Source: an uncultured Actinomycetota bacterium (GTDB lineage: Bacteria > Actinomycetota > UBA4738 > HRBIN12). Taken from it: DNA of 64,000 nucleotides. This document shows positions 1 through 9,568 of the stretch, piece after piece. The stretch's first letter is position 1. Each line of letters starts with the position of its first letter. Position numbers and translations under genes: made by a program. Under the pieces are notes generated by a model. It ran no database searches. It saw only the letters and a program-made list of their open reading frames with translations, and had not been told where the DNA came from. The stretch spans positions 192,725 through 256,724 of the forward strand of contig CAWJFY010000005.1 in NCBI GenBank assembly GCA_963842295.1, in the 5' to 3' direction.

Positions 1-1
1 T

Positions 2-160
2 CTCGCGGGGCTGCGCCTCGTGTCCGCAGACGTCGTCGAAGTCTCCCCACCGTACGATCACGCCGATCTGACGTCGCTGGCGGCGGCGACGGTCGTGTAC
101 GAGCTCGTGTGCCTCATCGCGGGCGGCCCGCGGGTCGCGAGCACGACGGAGGTGGGCTGA
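2..160 (+). CDS. 3' end of an arginase/agmatinase (ureohydrolase) family gene; the 5' part lies outside the window
   Basis: Frame-2 translation ...[31 protein letters not shown]...EVG* matches the conserved C-terminus of arginase-family enzymes. The stop TGA at 158-160 sits 1 nt before the next ATG. Confidence 0.45.
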   Translation, partial: LAGLRLVSADVVEVSPPYDHADLTSLAAATVVYELVCLIAGGPRVASTTEVG

Positions 161-161
161 G

Positions 162-1040
162 ATGTTCCCCTGGCCCGAGGGCAAGCGGGCCGCGCTCGCG
201 GTCACGTTCGACATGGACGCCGAGGCGGCCGTCCTCGCCGTCGACGAGAAGTACGCCCGGCGTCCGTCGATCATGACCCATCAGCAGTACGGGCCGGTGA
301 CGGCGGTGCCTCGCATCCTGGAAGTGATGGCATCCCTGGAGATCCGCACCAGCTTCTTCATCCCCGGGTTCTCGGCGGAGCGCCATCCGGGAACCGTGAA
401 GGCGATCGTCGCGGCCGGTCACGAGATCTGCCACCACGGCTACCTTCACCGCCCACCGGGATTGATCGACGCGGCGACGGAGCGGTCCGAGCTGGAGCGC
501 GGTCTCGAAGCGCTGGAACGCACCGCGGGGATGCGGCCCATCGTGTTCCGCGCCCCCTGGTGGGAGACCTCGGACGCGACCTTCGAACTCCTGGCCGAAT
601 ACGGCTTCACCTGCGACTCGAGCCTGTTCGATCGCGACGAGCCGTACCGCCTCACGGCCGGCTCGTCCGAGCTCGTCGAGGTGCCGATCTCGTGGGCACT
701 CGACGATTGGGAGAAATACGCGTTCCTGCCTGATCCTCCGACCGGGTCCGGAGTGATCGAGCCGCCGGCGCGCGTCCTCGAGACCTGGTGGGAGGAGATC
801 GAGGCATACGTGGAGGTCGGCGGGTGCTGCGTGCTGACGATGCATCCGTTCCTGTCCGGCCGACCGGCACGGGCGCGGGCCCTCCGACGGCTGTTGGAGC
901 GGGCGAAGGCGGTGCCCGAACTGTGGATCGCCACGATCGGTGAGATCGCCGCCCACACCGCCGCGTCGGACGTGCCGGCGCGGACCTTGTCGTTGCCCAT
1001 CATCGGAGAGGGGCCGGCCGAGCCGGTGCCCGGGTCGTAG
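162..1040 (+). CDS. polysaccharide deacetylase (CE4, NodB-homology) family protein
   Basis: 292-aa ORF. It has a TFDMD motif and a GHEICHHGY His motif, as in CE4 enzymes. It is tightly coupled to the upstream ureohydrolase. Confidence 0.75.
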   Translation: MFPWPEGKRAALAVTFDMDAEAAVLAVDEKYARRPSIMTHQQYGPVTAVPRILEVMASLEIRTSFFIPGFSAERHPGTVKAIVAAGHEICHHGYLHRPPGLIDAATERSELERGLEALERTAGMRPIVFRAPWWETSDATFELLAEYGFTCDSSLFDRDEPYRLTAGSSELVEVPISWALDDWEKYAFLPDPPTGSGVIEPPARVLETWWEEIEAYVEVGGCCVLTMHPFLSGRPARARALRRLLERAKAVPELWIATIGEIAAHTAASDVPARTLSLPIIGEGPAEPVPGS

Positions 1041-1051
1041 AGGGGAGACCA

Positions 1052-2494
1052 GTGGACACGAACCACGAGGAGCACCTGGCGTACGAAGGGGAACAGGGCA
1101 ACCCGGTCTACGGGCTCGAGCGCCGAGGGGTCGATTACGTCCCGGAGCACGAACGTCACATGGGTCTCAAGAACTTGGCTGTGTTCTGGATCGGGACGAA
1201 TCTGTACCCCTTCAACATCGTCCTGGGCGTGCTGGCGTACACGCTCGGTCTCTCCGTCTGGCTCACCCTCCTGACGCTCACGGCCGGCATCCTGCTCAGC
1301 TACTGGCTCGTGGGACTCACGTCGATCCCACCGGCGAGGGCAGGGATCCCCACGATGGCGGTGAGCCGCGCACCGTTCGGCCTGCGGTTCGCTCGGATCA
1401 ACGCCGCGCTCGCGTGGCTCGTCGGCATCTTGTTCGAGATCATCAACGCCTCGATCGGCGTCTTCGCGGTGCTGGCGCTGTTCGCCTTCCTCGGCTGGGA
1501 CGACTCCGGGACGACCGGCAAGGTCATCGGACTCGCGTTCGTGTACGCGCTCTCCGTGCTCCTCGCGTTCCTCGGCCACGGCACCGTGGTGCACGTCCAG
1601 CGCTTCTTCTCGATCGCCCTCGGTGTCATCGCGGTCGTCGTCCTCATCGAGGCGCTCCCCGACCTCGACCTCGGTGCGAGCCTGGGCGGGGACTACGATC
1701 TCTGGGGCACCCTGTCGGCGATGGCGATCATCCTGGGGATCGTCATCGCGGGCCACGTCGCCTACGTGATCGCTGCCGCTGACTACCCCCGGTACCTTCC
1801 GAGCGACACACCCGCGAAGGACATCGTCCGAACGGTGATGTGGTCCGCAGGTGGCTCGGGTCTGCTGCTCGGCGTCGTCGGCATCCTGTTGGCGTCCCAG
1901 ACGGACGCCGATCTCGTGGTGGACACCTTCGGCGGCGTCAAGTCCTTGATGCCGTCGTGGCTGTACCTCCCCTTCCTGCTCGCGGCGATCGGCGGGTCGC
2001 TCACGAATCTGATGCTGACGATGTACTCGGCGGGACTCGCGGCGCAGGCAGCGGGGTTGCCGATCAAGCGCTACCACGCCGTGATGGTCGATGCAGTCCT
2101 CGCCACCATCGGCCTCGTGTACGTGCTCTTCTACGACGAGGCGCTCCTCACGACGATCAACGACATCGTGGTGAACACGATCATCTGGATCGGTCCGTGG
2201 GGCGTGATCTGGATCTACGACGCGTGGCGCCGGAACTGGAACATCGATCCGGTGGCGGCGCACGGAGGTCCGGAAAGTCCCTACTGGGGTTCCGGTGGGA
2301 TCTACTGGCCCGGCGCGATCGCACTGATCGCCGGGATGGTAGCCGCGTGGGCGACGATCAGCGTGCCACGATACGCGGGCCCGATCTCCGAGCACCTCCT
2401 GAACTTCACGGACCTGTCCTGGCTGGCGGGGCCCCTGGTGGCGCTGGCCGTGTTCATCCCGCTCGACCGGGCGCAACGGCCCAGCGTGCGCTGA
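1052..2494 (+). CDS. NCS1-family nucleobase/hydantoin/cytosine-type permease
   Basis: 480 aa with about 12 predicted TM helices. The N-terminal motif HMGLKNLAVFWIGTNLYPFNIVLG and overall architecture fit CodB/PucI-like permeases. Confidence 0.75.
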   Translation: MDTNHEEHLAYEGEQGNPVYGLERRGVDYVPEHERHMGLKNLAVFWIGTNLYPFNIVLGVLAYTLGLSVWLTLLTLTAGILLSYWLVGLTSIPPARAGIPTMAVSRAPFGLRFARINAALAWLVGILFEIINASIGVFAVLALFAFLGWDDSGTTGKVIGLAFVYALSVLLAFLGHGTVVHVQRFFSIALGVIAVVVLIEALPDLDLGASLGGDYDLWGTLSAMAIILGIVIAGHVAYVIAAADYPRYLPSDTPAKDIVRTVMWSAGGSGLLLGVVGILLASQTDADLVVDTFGGVKSLMPSWLYLPFLLAAIGGSLTNLMLTMYSAGLAAQAAGLPIKRYHAVMVDAVLATIGLVYVLFYDEALLTTINDIVVNTIIWIGPWGVIWIYDAWRRNWNIDPVAAHGGPESPYWGSGGIYWPGAIALIAGMVAAWATISVPRYAGPISEHLLNFTDLSWLAGPLVALAVFIPLDRAQRPSVR

Positions 2495-2495
2495 G

Positions 2496-3182
2496 GTGGC
2501 GGGCGCTGCGGTCATCACGGGAGCGGCATCCGGACTGGGAGCGGCGACCGCGAGACGCCTCCGGAAGGAGGGTCTCGCGGTCGCCGGCTTCGACCTTCAT
2601 CCGGCTGCGGACGTCGACCTTGCGTTCGAGGTCGACGTCCGAGACGCCGGCGCGATCGAAGATGCCGTCGCCAGCACGGAGGTCGAGCTCGGTCCGGTTG
2701 AGTACCTGCTGACCGCGGCCGGCGTGTACGAGCTGCTCCCCCTGGGAAGCATCGGGGCCGAGCAGTGGCGTCGCATGCTGGCGATCCACATCGACGGGAC
2801 GGCGAACGCCTGTCGCAGCGTCTACCGCCGGATGAAGGAGCGGGGTACCGGTTCGATCGTCACGATCGGCAGCGAGCTCGGTCTGATGGGCGACCCGGAG
2901 GCGGCTCACTACGCGTCGGCGAAGGGAGCGATCCACGCCTTCTCCAAGAGTCTCGCGATGGAGGCGGTGCGACACGGTATCCGCGTGAACTGCGTCGCTC
3001 CGGGCCCGGCAGACACACCCTTGCTCAAACAGGAGATGCGCTCACCCGAGTACGTCAACTCGCTGGTGCTGCAGCGGATCGTCAAGCCCGAGGAGGTCGC
3101 CGACACCGTGGCGTTCCTCATGCTCGAGCAGCACAACTTCGTGGGAGCCGTGCTCTCGCCCAACGCGGGGGCGGTGGTCTGA
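2496..3182 (+). CDS. short-chain dehydrogenase/reductase (SDR)
   Basis: It carries TGAASGLG, NAG and the YxxxK motif in YASAKGA. It starts 2 nt after the permease stop. Confidence 0.8.
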   Translation: MAGAAVITGAASGLGAATARRLRKEGLAVAGFDLHPAADVDLAFEVDVRDAGAIEDAVASTEVELGPVEYLLTAAGVYELLPLGSIGAEQWRRMLAIHIDGTANACRSVYRRMKERGTGSIVTIGSELGLMGDPEAAHYASAKGAIHAFSKSLAMEAVRHGIRVNCVAPGPADTPLLKQEMRSPEYVNSLVLQRIVKPEEVADTVAFLMLEQHNFVGAVLSPNAGAVV

Positions 3183-3184
3183 GC

Positions 3185-3952
3185 GTGCGGTCCGACGGCA
3201 TCGATGGTCGGGTCGCCCTCGTGACCGGCGCCGGCCAGGGGATGGGTCGGGCGATCGCGGAGCGCCTGGCGACAGAGGGGGCGAAGGTGGCGGCCAACGA
3301 CCTGAACCCCGGCACCGCGGCGGCCACCGCGGAAGCCGTGGGAGGGATGGCGGTGCCCTTCGACGTCTCCGAACCGGATGCGGTCGATGCTGGCGTCGCG
3401 GACGTGGAGAGCCAGCTCGGTCCCGTCGAGCTCCTGGTCGCCAATCATGCGTACATGACGATGGCCCCCTTCGAGGAGGAATCGCCGGAGAACTGGCGGC
3501 GCATCCTGGACGTGAACCTCTTCGGCACGGGGATCCTGATCGAGCGCTGTGTCCCGGCCATGGCCGATCGGGGTTTCGGCCGGATCGTCGTGATCGCCTC
3601 CGAATGGGGCGTGATCGGCTGGCCGAACGCGACGGCGTATGCGGCCTCGAAGGGCGGCTTGATCAGCCTGGTGAAGAGCGTCGCTCGGGCGGTGGGGGTC
3701 AGGGGTGTGGCCGTGAACGCGATCGCTCCGGGCGTGACCGACACGCCGCAGCTGGACGTGGACGCCCTCGACGCCGGCGTGTCACACGAGGAGATCGCGC
3801 GACGCTACGGCGAAGACATCCCCCTCGGCAGGGTCGGACGACCTGAGGAGATCGCGGCCACCGTCGCGTTCCTGTGCTCCACCAACGCCGAGGCGTTCGT
3901 CGGTCAGGTCCTCCATCCGAATGGCGGCTCGACCAGGGTGTGGGGCATCTGA
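3185..3952 (+). CDS. short-chain dehydrogenase/reductase (SDR), second copy
   Basis: It carries VTGAGQGMGRA and the YxxxK motif in YAASKGG. The GTG start at 3185 lies 3 nt after the previous stop, in the frame of ORF 2765..3952. Confidence 0.8.
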   Translation: MRSDGIDGRVALVTGAGQGMGRAIAERLATEGAKVAANDLNPGTAAATAEAVGGMAVPFDVSEPDAVDAGVADVESQLGPVELLVANHAYMTMAPFEEESPENWRRILDVNLFGTGILIERCVPAMADRGFGRIVVIASEWGVIGWPNATAYAASKGGLISLVKSVARAVGVRGVAVNAIAPGVTDTPQLDVDALDAGVSHEEIARRYGEDIPLGRVGRPEEIAATVAFLCSTNAEAFVGQVLHPNGGSTRVWGI

Positions 3953-4863
3953 TGGCGGGGGCGGTCCTCGTCACCGGCGGACTCGGGTACGTGGGCCGCC
4001 ACCTCGTCTCCGCGGTGGCCGAGCGCGGTGATCCTGTCGTCAGCTACAACCGCGACTACGCGGAGGGCTCCACTCCGGGCACGGAGTTCGTGCAGGGAGA
4101 GCTCTACGACATCCCGCGGCTCGTCGACACCTTGTCTCGTCACGAGGTCGACCGCGTGATCCACACGGCGGCGATGTCGCACCCTGACCTGTCGATCGAC
4201 CTGCCGATCACGACGTTCGCGGCCAACGTCGACGGAACGCTCCACCTTCTCGAAGCCGCGCGCATGGCGGGCGTGAAGCGCGTGGTGAACTTCTCGTCCG
4301 AGTGCGCCTACGGCAACGTCGACGGTCCGGTCACCGAGGACTCACCGCTGGATCCCACGACCCCCTACGGCGTCACGAAGGTGACCACCGAGCTGTTGGG
4401 CAGGGTCTACACCAACCTGTACGGCCTGGACGTGATCTCGCTCCGCGTGACCGAGATCTACGGTCCTGGGAACAAGATGCCCGAGATCCTGCGGGACATC
4501 ATCAAACCCGTCCTCGAAGGCGAGCCGTTCACGATGGGCACCGGCGGGGACCACGGATTCCACTTCGTGCACGTCCAGGATGTCGCCCGTGCCGCGCTCC
4601 TCGCCGCCGATGTCGCTCGGCACGAACGCTCCATCTTCAATATCACGGGCGGGTCACAGGTCACGCTGAGTCAGGCGGGCGAGATGATCCGGGACCTCGT
4701 CCCGGGTGCGCGCGTCGAGATCGGACCGGGCTACTGGCACCTGGATCGGCAAGGTCCGTGGGACATCACGGCGGCGGCTCAGGATCTCGGATACAAGCCG
4801 GAGCATCCGCTGGAACGAGGTCTGCCCGCGTACGTTGATTGGCTCCGCGAGCACGAGTATTGA
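3952..4863 (+). CDS. NAD-dependent epimerase/dehydratase family protein
   Basis: N-terminal VLVTGGLGYVGRHL matches a Rossmann GxxGxxG motif, and a YxxxK motif is present in YGVTK. The ATG at 3952 overlaps the preceding TGA. Confidence 0.8.
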   Translation: MAGAVLVTGGLGYVGRHLVSAVAERGDPVVSYNRDYAEGSTPGTEFVQGELYDIPRLVDTLSRHEVDRVIHTAAMSHPDLSIDLPITTFAANVDGTLHLLEAARMAGVKRVVNFSSECAYGNVDGPVTEDSPLDPTTPYGVTKVTTELLGRVYTNLYGLDVISLRVTEIYGPGNKMPEILRDIIKPVLEGEPFTMGTGGDHGFHFVHVQDVARAALLAADVARHERSIFNITGGSQVTLSQAGEMIRDLVPGARVEIGPGYWHLDRQGPWDITAAAQDLGYKPEHPLERGLPAYVDWLREHEY

Positions 4864-4875
4864 GACCGGAGCCCT

Positions 4876-5292
4876 CTAGTCGTTCCCGTGTCCTTCGCCG
4901 CCGTTCTTTCCGTCCTTGTCCTTGTCCTTGTCCTTGCCACCGTCGGAGTGTTCCTCGCGGCCGCCCTCGTCGACCGGAGACGGGCTGGGTGCATCCGTTT
5001 CCGACGGTGACGCCGGGAGGAGGCGGAGCTGGAGTTCCACCGCTTGGGCGGACTCGAGGATCTCCAATGCCCACCCCTCGTCGATCCGTTCTCGATCGAG
5101 CTGCGATGACACCGAGGCGACGATGTTCCTGAGTCTGGAAAGTGCGAGTCCCGGCTTCCCTGCCTCCGCGAGCTCTCGGATCGAGGCCACGCGATCCTGG
5201 AGCGTCTCGGCGAGCCTCGCCGGAGTGTCGTTCCCGCCGCACGAGCTCATCAGGATCGCGAAGACGCCGAGCGTCGTGACCACGCGCCTCAT
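4876..5292 (-). CDS. small secreted lipoprotein with a C-terminal KD-repeat tail
   Basis: N-terminal signal MRRVVTTLGVFAILMSSC carries a lipobox-like Cys. The tail reads KDKDKDKDGKNGGEGHGND. Its ATG overlaps the upstream kinase stop (ATGA). Confidence 0.5.
   Translation of the reverse strand: MRRVVTTLGVFAILMSSCGGNDTPARLAETLQDRVASIRELAEAGKPGLALSRLRNIVASVSSQLDRERIDEGWALEILESAQAVELQLRLLPASPSETDAPSPSPVDEGGREEHSDGGKDKDKDKDGKNGGEGHGND
4913..4936. repeat. (TCCTTG)4 hexanucleotide microsatellite inside the lipoprotein gene, encoding (KD)4 on the minus strand
   Basis: Four perfect tandem copies of tccttg are visible directly in the sequence. Confidence 0.9.
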
Positions 5293-6506
5293 GGCCGGAC
5301 GGACTCCTCGAGCCGCGTCAACGCATCCTCGAGCGGGACCGGCAATGAGGAGGTATCCGAAGCGGGAGGCGGACCTCCTGGGCCGGTGAACGCGACGATC
5401 GCGAAGACGATGACCAGGACCAGTGCCAGGATCGCTCCGGCGACGATCACCGCACGTTTCGGATCGCGCCGCGACCGTGCCGGCCTCGCCGCCGGAGCTT
5501 GGTACCGGAGACGGGCTGTCTGGTCCATGCGAGGAACAGGCACGGTCTCGTTCCCGTCGGGCTCCGGCTCGGGCACGGCATCGGTGGGCGGGAGCGGGGT
5601 GGTCGTCGCCGCGACCATCGTCGCCGTGGTGTCATCGGATCCCTGCGTCACGATCGTCGCGGTGGTGTCCTGGGCCTCCGGTGTCACGTCTCCGAGGAGT
5701 GCAGCGGCCATCTGTTCCGCGCTGTCGTAGCGATCCGCAGGATCGAGTCGCATCGCCGTCTCGATCACGGCGACGATGCCGGGGTCGGCATCGGGGAGGA
5801 CCGACATGGGCGGCTCGAACGCTCCGTCGCGGATCGCGGTGGCGAGCGCGAAGGGGTCGTCACCCTCGAACGGCTTCTTGCCACACAGAGCCTCGTAGAG
5901 GAGCACTCCGACCGCGTACAGGTCGCTCGCGGGCTCTGCCTGCTGTCCTTCGATGCGTTCCGGCGCGAGGTAGGACGGACTCCCGAGGAGCTCCCCTGTC
6001 CCGGTGAGCGTCTCGTCCGCGTGAACCCATCTCGCGATGCCGAAGTCGGCCACCTTCCATGTGCCGACGCCGGCGTCGAGGACGTTCGCCGGCTTCACGT
6101 CCCGATGGACGATCCCCAGCTCGTGCGCCGCCGCGAGCGCTCGCAAGACCTGAAGCCCCACGTCGCGTACTCGCTCGGGCGGCATCCGACCGTCGGCGAG
6201 CTCATCTCGAAGCGTCCGACCGGAGAGCCGCTCCATCACGACGAAGGGGCGGCCGTCCTGCTCGCCGGTGTCGAGGACCCCGACGACGTGCGGATGGCTG
6301 AGGCGAGCAGCGAGGCGGGCTTCCGCCACGACCCGCTCCCGCATGCCGTCCTGCTCGGCGAGGTCCGCGCGGAGCAGCTTGAGGGCGACTTCCCTTTCGA
6401 GGCGCAGATCATGGGCAGCGAAGACTTCGCCCATGCCGCCGTGGCCGAGCCGCTCGCCGAGCCGGTAGCGGTCGCCGACGGTCTCGATCTGGTTGATGGG
6501 GGACAT
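5289..6506 (-). CDS. Hanks-type Ser/Thr protein kinase, membrane anchored
   Basis: It shows GERLGHGGMGEV (G-loop), VALK, HRDVKPAN, DFG and an APE motif. A C-terminal TM segment VIVAGAILALVLVIVFAIVAF is followed by a short ectodomain. Confidence 0.85.
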   Translation of the reverse strand: MSPINQIETVGDRYRLGERLGHGGMGEVFAAHDLRLEREVALKLLRADLAEQDGMRERVVAEARLAARLSHPHVVGVLDTGEQDGRPFVVMERLSGRTLRDELADGRMPPERVRDVGLQVLRALAAAHELGIVHRDVKPANVLDAGVGTWKVADFGIARWVHADETLTGTGELLGSPSYLAPERIEGQQAEPASDLYAVGVLLYEALCGKKPFEGDDPFALATAIRDGAFEPPMSVLPDADPGIVAVIETAMRLDPADRYDSAEQMAAALLGDVTPEAQDTTATIVTQGSDDTTATMVAATTTPLPPTDAVPEPEPDGNETVPVPRMDQTARLRYQAPAARPARSRRDPKRAVIVAGAILALVLVIVFAIVAFTGPGGPPPASDTSSLPVPLEDALTRLEESVRP

Positions 6507-6587
6507 CCAGCATCATTTTCCCTCGGGGGCTCCCACCTACACATCGTCCGGGTGCCAGCGGGTGCTTGAGCCGGCCGGTCGCGGCGT

Positions 6588-7646
6588 TCAACCGGCGCGA
6601 ACTCGCTGGGGTGGAGGTCCCGTCGACCCACGGACGACGAGGGAGGGCGGCACGACCAGATGACGGGCCTTTCGGCGGTCCTCGTCGCGCCTCTCGAGGA
6701 GCAGCCGGACCGCCGTCACGCCCATCTCGCGGCGAGGTTGATCGATCGTCGTGAGGTTGATATGTCCCAGCCCGGCCAGCGCGATGTTGTCGTAGCCGAC
6801 CAAGGAAACGTCTCCCGGCACCTGCAGGCCGTGGTGATGCAACGCGTCGAGCGCGCCGACCGCGGCGAGGTCGTTCCCCACGAAGATCCCGGTCACGCGA
6901 TCTCGTTCTTCGAGCAGGGCGGTCACGCCTCCTCTCCCGCCCTCCTCCGTGAAGGATCCCGGTACGACGGTGGCCGAGGTCTGAAGCCCGTGTCTCGCCA
7001 TCGCCTCCAGGAATCCCGTCAGGCGCTGGGCCGCTCCCGCGCCCGTCCCGCCATCGACGTGGGCGATGTGCCGATGTCCCAGCGCGACGAGATGGTCGAC
7101 GGCGAGGTGGGCTCCCATCCGGTCGTCGTTCGTGATCGAGTCGTGGGCAGGCGAACGCGAGTGCCTGGCGACGACGACGACCGGAACCGACGCGGCCACG
7201 TGCGCGATCTTCCGAGTGGCCAGCACGGGGCCAGCCATCACCACCCCGTCGGTCCGAAGCTGGAGCAGCGTGTCGATCGCCTCGGTCTCGCCGGCCGCGG
7301 TCCTCTCACCGGAGTTGAAGAGCGCGTGGTACCCGGCGGCTCGAGCGGCCGCCTCGATCCCGTCGATGACCTCCGTGAAGTACGGGTTGTGGAGGTCCGA
7401 CACCATCACGCCGATCACGAAGCTGCGGCTGCGGACGAGGCTCCGGGCCACGGCGTTCGGTCGATACCCGATCTCCTCGGCCGCCCGGGTCACGGCGTCG
7501 CGCTTCTCGTCGCTCACGTTCGGTGCCCCGCGCATCACCAGCGACACGAGTGACTTGGAGACCCCAGCCCGTTCTGCCACGTCGACGATCGTCGGGTGCC
7601 TCCGCTTCGACCCCGGGCCGTTCGGCCCCTGGGCCCGGGTGGTCAC
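6588..7646 (-). CDS. LacI-family transcriptional regulator, candidate inositol repressor
   Basis: HTH motif PTIVDVAERAGVSKSLVSLV is followed by a periplasmic-binding-like domain. The GTG start at 7646 overlaps the iolD stop (GTGA). The long upstream ORF extension is R/G-rich, and I treat it as an artifact. Confidence 0.75.
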   Translation of the reverse strand: MTTRAQGPNGPGSKRRHPTIVDVAERAGVSKSLVSLVMRGAPNVSDEKRDAVTRAAEEIGYRPNAVARSLVRSRSFVIGVMVSDLHNPYFTEVIDGIEAAARAAGYHALFNSGERTAAGETEAIDTLLQLRTDGVVMAGPVLATRKIAHVAASVPVVVVARHSRSPAHDSITNDDRMGAHLAVDHLVALGHRHIAHVDGGTGAGAAQRLTGFLEAMARHGLQTSATVVPGSFTEEGGRGGVTALLEERDRVTGIFVGNDLAAVGALDALHHHGLQVPGDVSLVGYDNIALAGLGHINLTTIDQPRREMGVTAVRLLLERRDEDRRKARHLVVPPSLVVRGSTGPPPQRVRAG

Positions 7647-9490
7647 ACCCCGGTCCTCTGGTGCTTGCGCGCCGCCTCGTGCTCCGCCTTCGCCACGAGC
7701 ACCTCGTCGCGTTCCGAGACCTCGGGCACGCCGACGTCCCACCACGCGTCGCCACCGGTCCACACGTGGGGATCGGTGCGGACCACGATCACCGCCGTCC
7801 GGTCGGCGGCGCGCGCACGTTCCAGGGCACCCTCGAGACGGTCGACCGAGTCGACCTGCTCCGTCCAGGCGCCCATGGATCCCGCGTGCCTCACGAAGTC
7901 CACCCGGACAGGCTCCTTCGCGCGGACGTCCGCGAGCATGTTGTTGAACGAGGCCCCACCCTTGAACACCTGGAGGCGGTCGATCACCGCATACCCCTCG
8001 TTGTCGCAGAGGATGAGGACGAACTTGTGACCGGACAGCACGGAGCCGTAGACGTCGGAGTTGGCCATCAGATAGGAGCCGTCTCCGCAGAAGGAGATGA
8101 CGGTCCGGTCGGGCATCGCCATGGCGGCACCCCACGCCCCGCCGATCTCATAGCCCATGCAGCTGAAGCCGTACTCGCAGTCGAAGGTCCCGACGCCACG
8201 CGAGCGCCAGTGCTTGTTCAGCTCGCCGGGGAGCCCGCCCGCCGCGGCCACGATGTAGTCGTTGGGACCGGCGAGCTCGTTGACCGCCCTGATGACGGCC
8301 GCGTAGGAGGGACGGCCGCTCGTCGAGTCCTTCCCGACCGTCTCGTCCAGGTCGTCGTTCCAGCTCGCGTACTCCTGCGTGGCGCGCGCCTGCCATCCGG
8401 CCGGCGCGCGCCAGGCACCGAGGGCATCGCTCAGCTCACCGAGGCCGCGCCGCGCGTCCGCGACGAGCGGCGCGGCCAGGTGCTTCGACGCGTCGTACCG
8501 GCCCGCGTTCAGCGAGATGAGCCGCATCCCCTCGTCCCCGAACACGCTCCAAGAGCCCGTGGTGAAGTCCTGCAGCCGGGTGCCCACCGCGAGCACGACG
8601 TCGGCATCTCGGGCGAGAGTGTTCGCCGAGGAGCTGCCGGTCACTCCGATCGGTCCGGCGAACATCGGGTGGTCCCACGGGAGCGACGACTTGCCGGCCA
8701 CGGTTTCCACGACAGGGATGTCGTGGCGCGTCGCGAAGGCGGCGAGCTCCTCGGTCGCGAGGGAGTAGTGGACGCCTCCGCCGGCGATGAGCAGCGGTCG
8801 CTCCGCCGAGCCGAGGATCGTCGCGGCGGCTGCGACCTCGTGGGGATCCGGGCCGAGCCGCGGGATCCGATGAAGTCGTGGCTCGAAGAATCGTGCGGGA
8901 TAGTCGAAAGCCTCCGCCTGGACGTCCTGCGGCAGTCCGAGGAAGGCCGGCCCGCAGCCGGCGGGATCGAGCATCGTCGCCAGTGCCTGCGGGAGTGACT
9001 GCAGGATCTGTGCGGGATGGGTGATGCGATCCCAATACCGCGTGACGGGACGGAACGCGTCGTTGACTGTCGTGGTCGGGTCGTTGAAATGCTCCACCTG
9101 CTGAAGCACGGGCTCGGGGACGCGCCCGGCGAACGTGTCGCCGGACAGGAGGAGCAACGGCAGCCGGTTCGCATGCGCGATGCCCGCTGCGGTCACCATG
9201 TTCAGGGCCCCCGGGCCGATCGAGCTGGTGGCGACCATGATCTGGCGCCGGCGCTTCGCCTTGGCGAACGCGATCGCCGCCATGGCCATGGACTGCTCGT
9301 TCTGCCCCCGCCACGTGGGGAAGCGGTCCTTCACCGCTTCGAGCGCATCACCCAGGCACGTGACGTTCCCGTGTCCGAAGATCGCGAAGACGCCCGGGAA
9401 GAGCGGGGCCTCGCGCCCGTCGATCTCCGTGCGCTGGGCCATGAGGAACCTCACCAGCCCGCCGGCCGTCGTCAGGCGGATCGTGTCCAT
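7643..9490 (-). CDS. iolD: 3D-(3,5/4)-trihydroxycyclohexane-1,2-dione acylhydrolase, a ThDP-dependent IolD-like enzyme
   Basis: 615 aa with an acetolactate-synthase-like thiamine diphosphate fold. The Mg/ThDP motif GDGS is followed 25 residues later by NN. The gene sits next to the iolG, iolE, iolC, iolB and iolA genes. Confidence 0.8.
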   Translation of the reverse strand: MDTIRLTTAGGLVRFLMAQRTEIDGREAPLFPGVFAIFGHGNVTCLGDALEAVKDRFPTWRGQNEQSMAMAAIAFAKAKRRRQIMVATSSIGPGALNMVTAAGIAHANRLPLLLLSGDTFAGRVPEPVLQQVEHFNDPTTTVNDAFRPVTRYWDRITHPAQILQSLPQALATMLDPAGCGPAFLGLPQDVQAEAFDYPARFFEPRLHRIPRLGPDPHEVAAAATILGSAERPLLIAGGGVHYSLATEELAAFATRHDIPVVETVAGKSSLPWDHPMFAGPIGVTGSSSANTLARDADVVLAVGTRLQDFTTGSWSVFGDEGMRLISLNAGRYDASKHLAAPLVADARRGLGELSDALGAWRAPAGWQARATQEYASWNDDLDETVGKDSTSGRPSYAAVIRAVNELAGPNDYIVAAAGGLPGELNKHWRSRGVGTFDCEYGFSCMGYEIGGAWGAAMAMPDRTVISFCGDGSYLMANSDVYGSVLSGHKFVLILCDNEGYAVIDRLQVFKGGASFNNMLADVRAKEPVRVDFVRHAGSMGAWTEQVDSVDRLEGALERARAADRTAVIVVRTDPHVWTGGDAWWDVGVPEVSERDEVLVAKAEHEAARKHQRTGV

Positions 9491-9527
9491 GGCCCCTCCT
9501 CTCGCTCGCTCGCGACGCCGATGCCGG

Positions 9528-9557
9528 TTGACAGGGCCTCGGAGCGGCGCCTATGGT
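9528..9557 (+). promoter_or_regulatory. candidate sigma-A-type promoter for the iolG operon
   Basis: TTGACA at 9528-9533, an 18-nt spacer, and TATGGT at 9552-9557. It lies about 120 nt upstream of the iolG ATG. Confidence 0.4.
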
Positions 9558-9568
9558 ACGCCGACCGG

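Noticed and set aside
162-1040. PuuE-type allantoinase assignment for the CE4 protein
   Set aside because: PuuE enzymes lack the metal-binding histidines. This protein keeps an H-x3-H motif (HEICH), so a generic metal-dependent CE4 deacetylase or amidohydrolase call is safer.
446-2518. 690-aa minus-strand ORF spanning the deacetylase and permease genes
   Set aside because: Its translation is R/D/G/P-rich low-complexity sequence, antisense to two well-supported genes. This is the usual open-frame artifact in roughly 70% GC DNA. The same applies to 10833..12434, 11089..12675, 15217..17025, 16962..18500 and 40927..42921 on the minus strand, and to the N-terminal 590 aa of 49837..53016.
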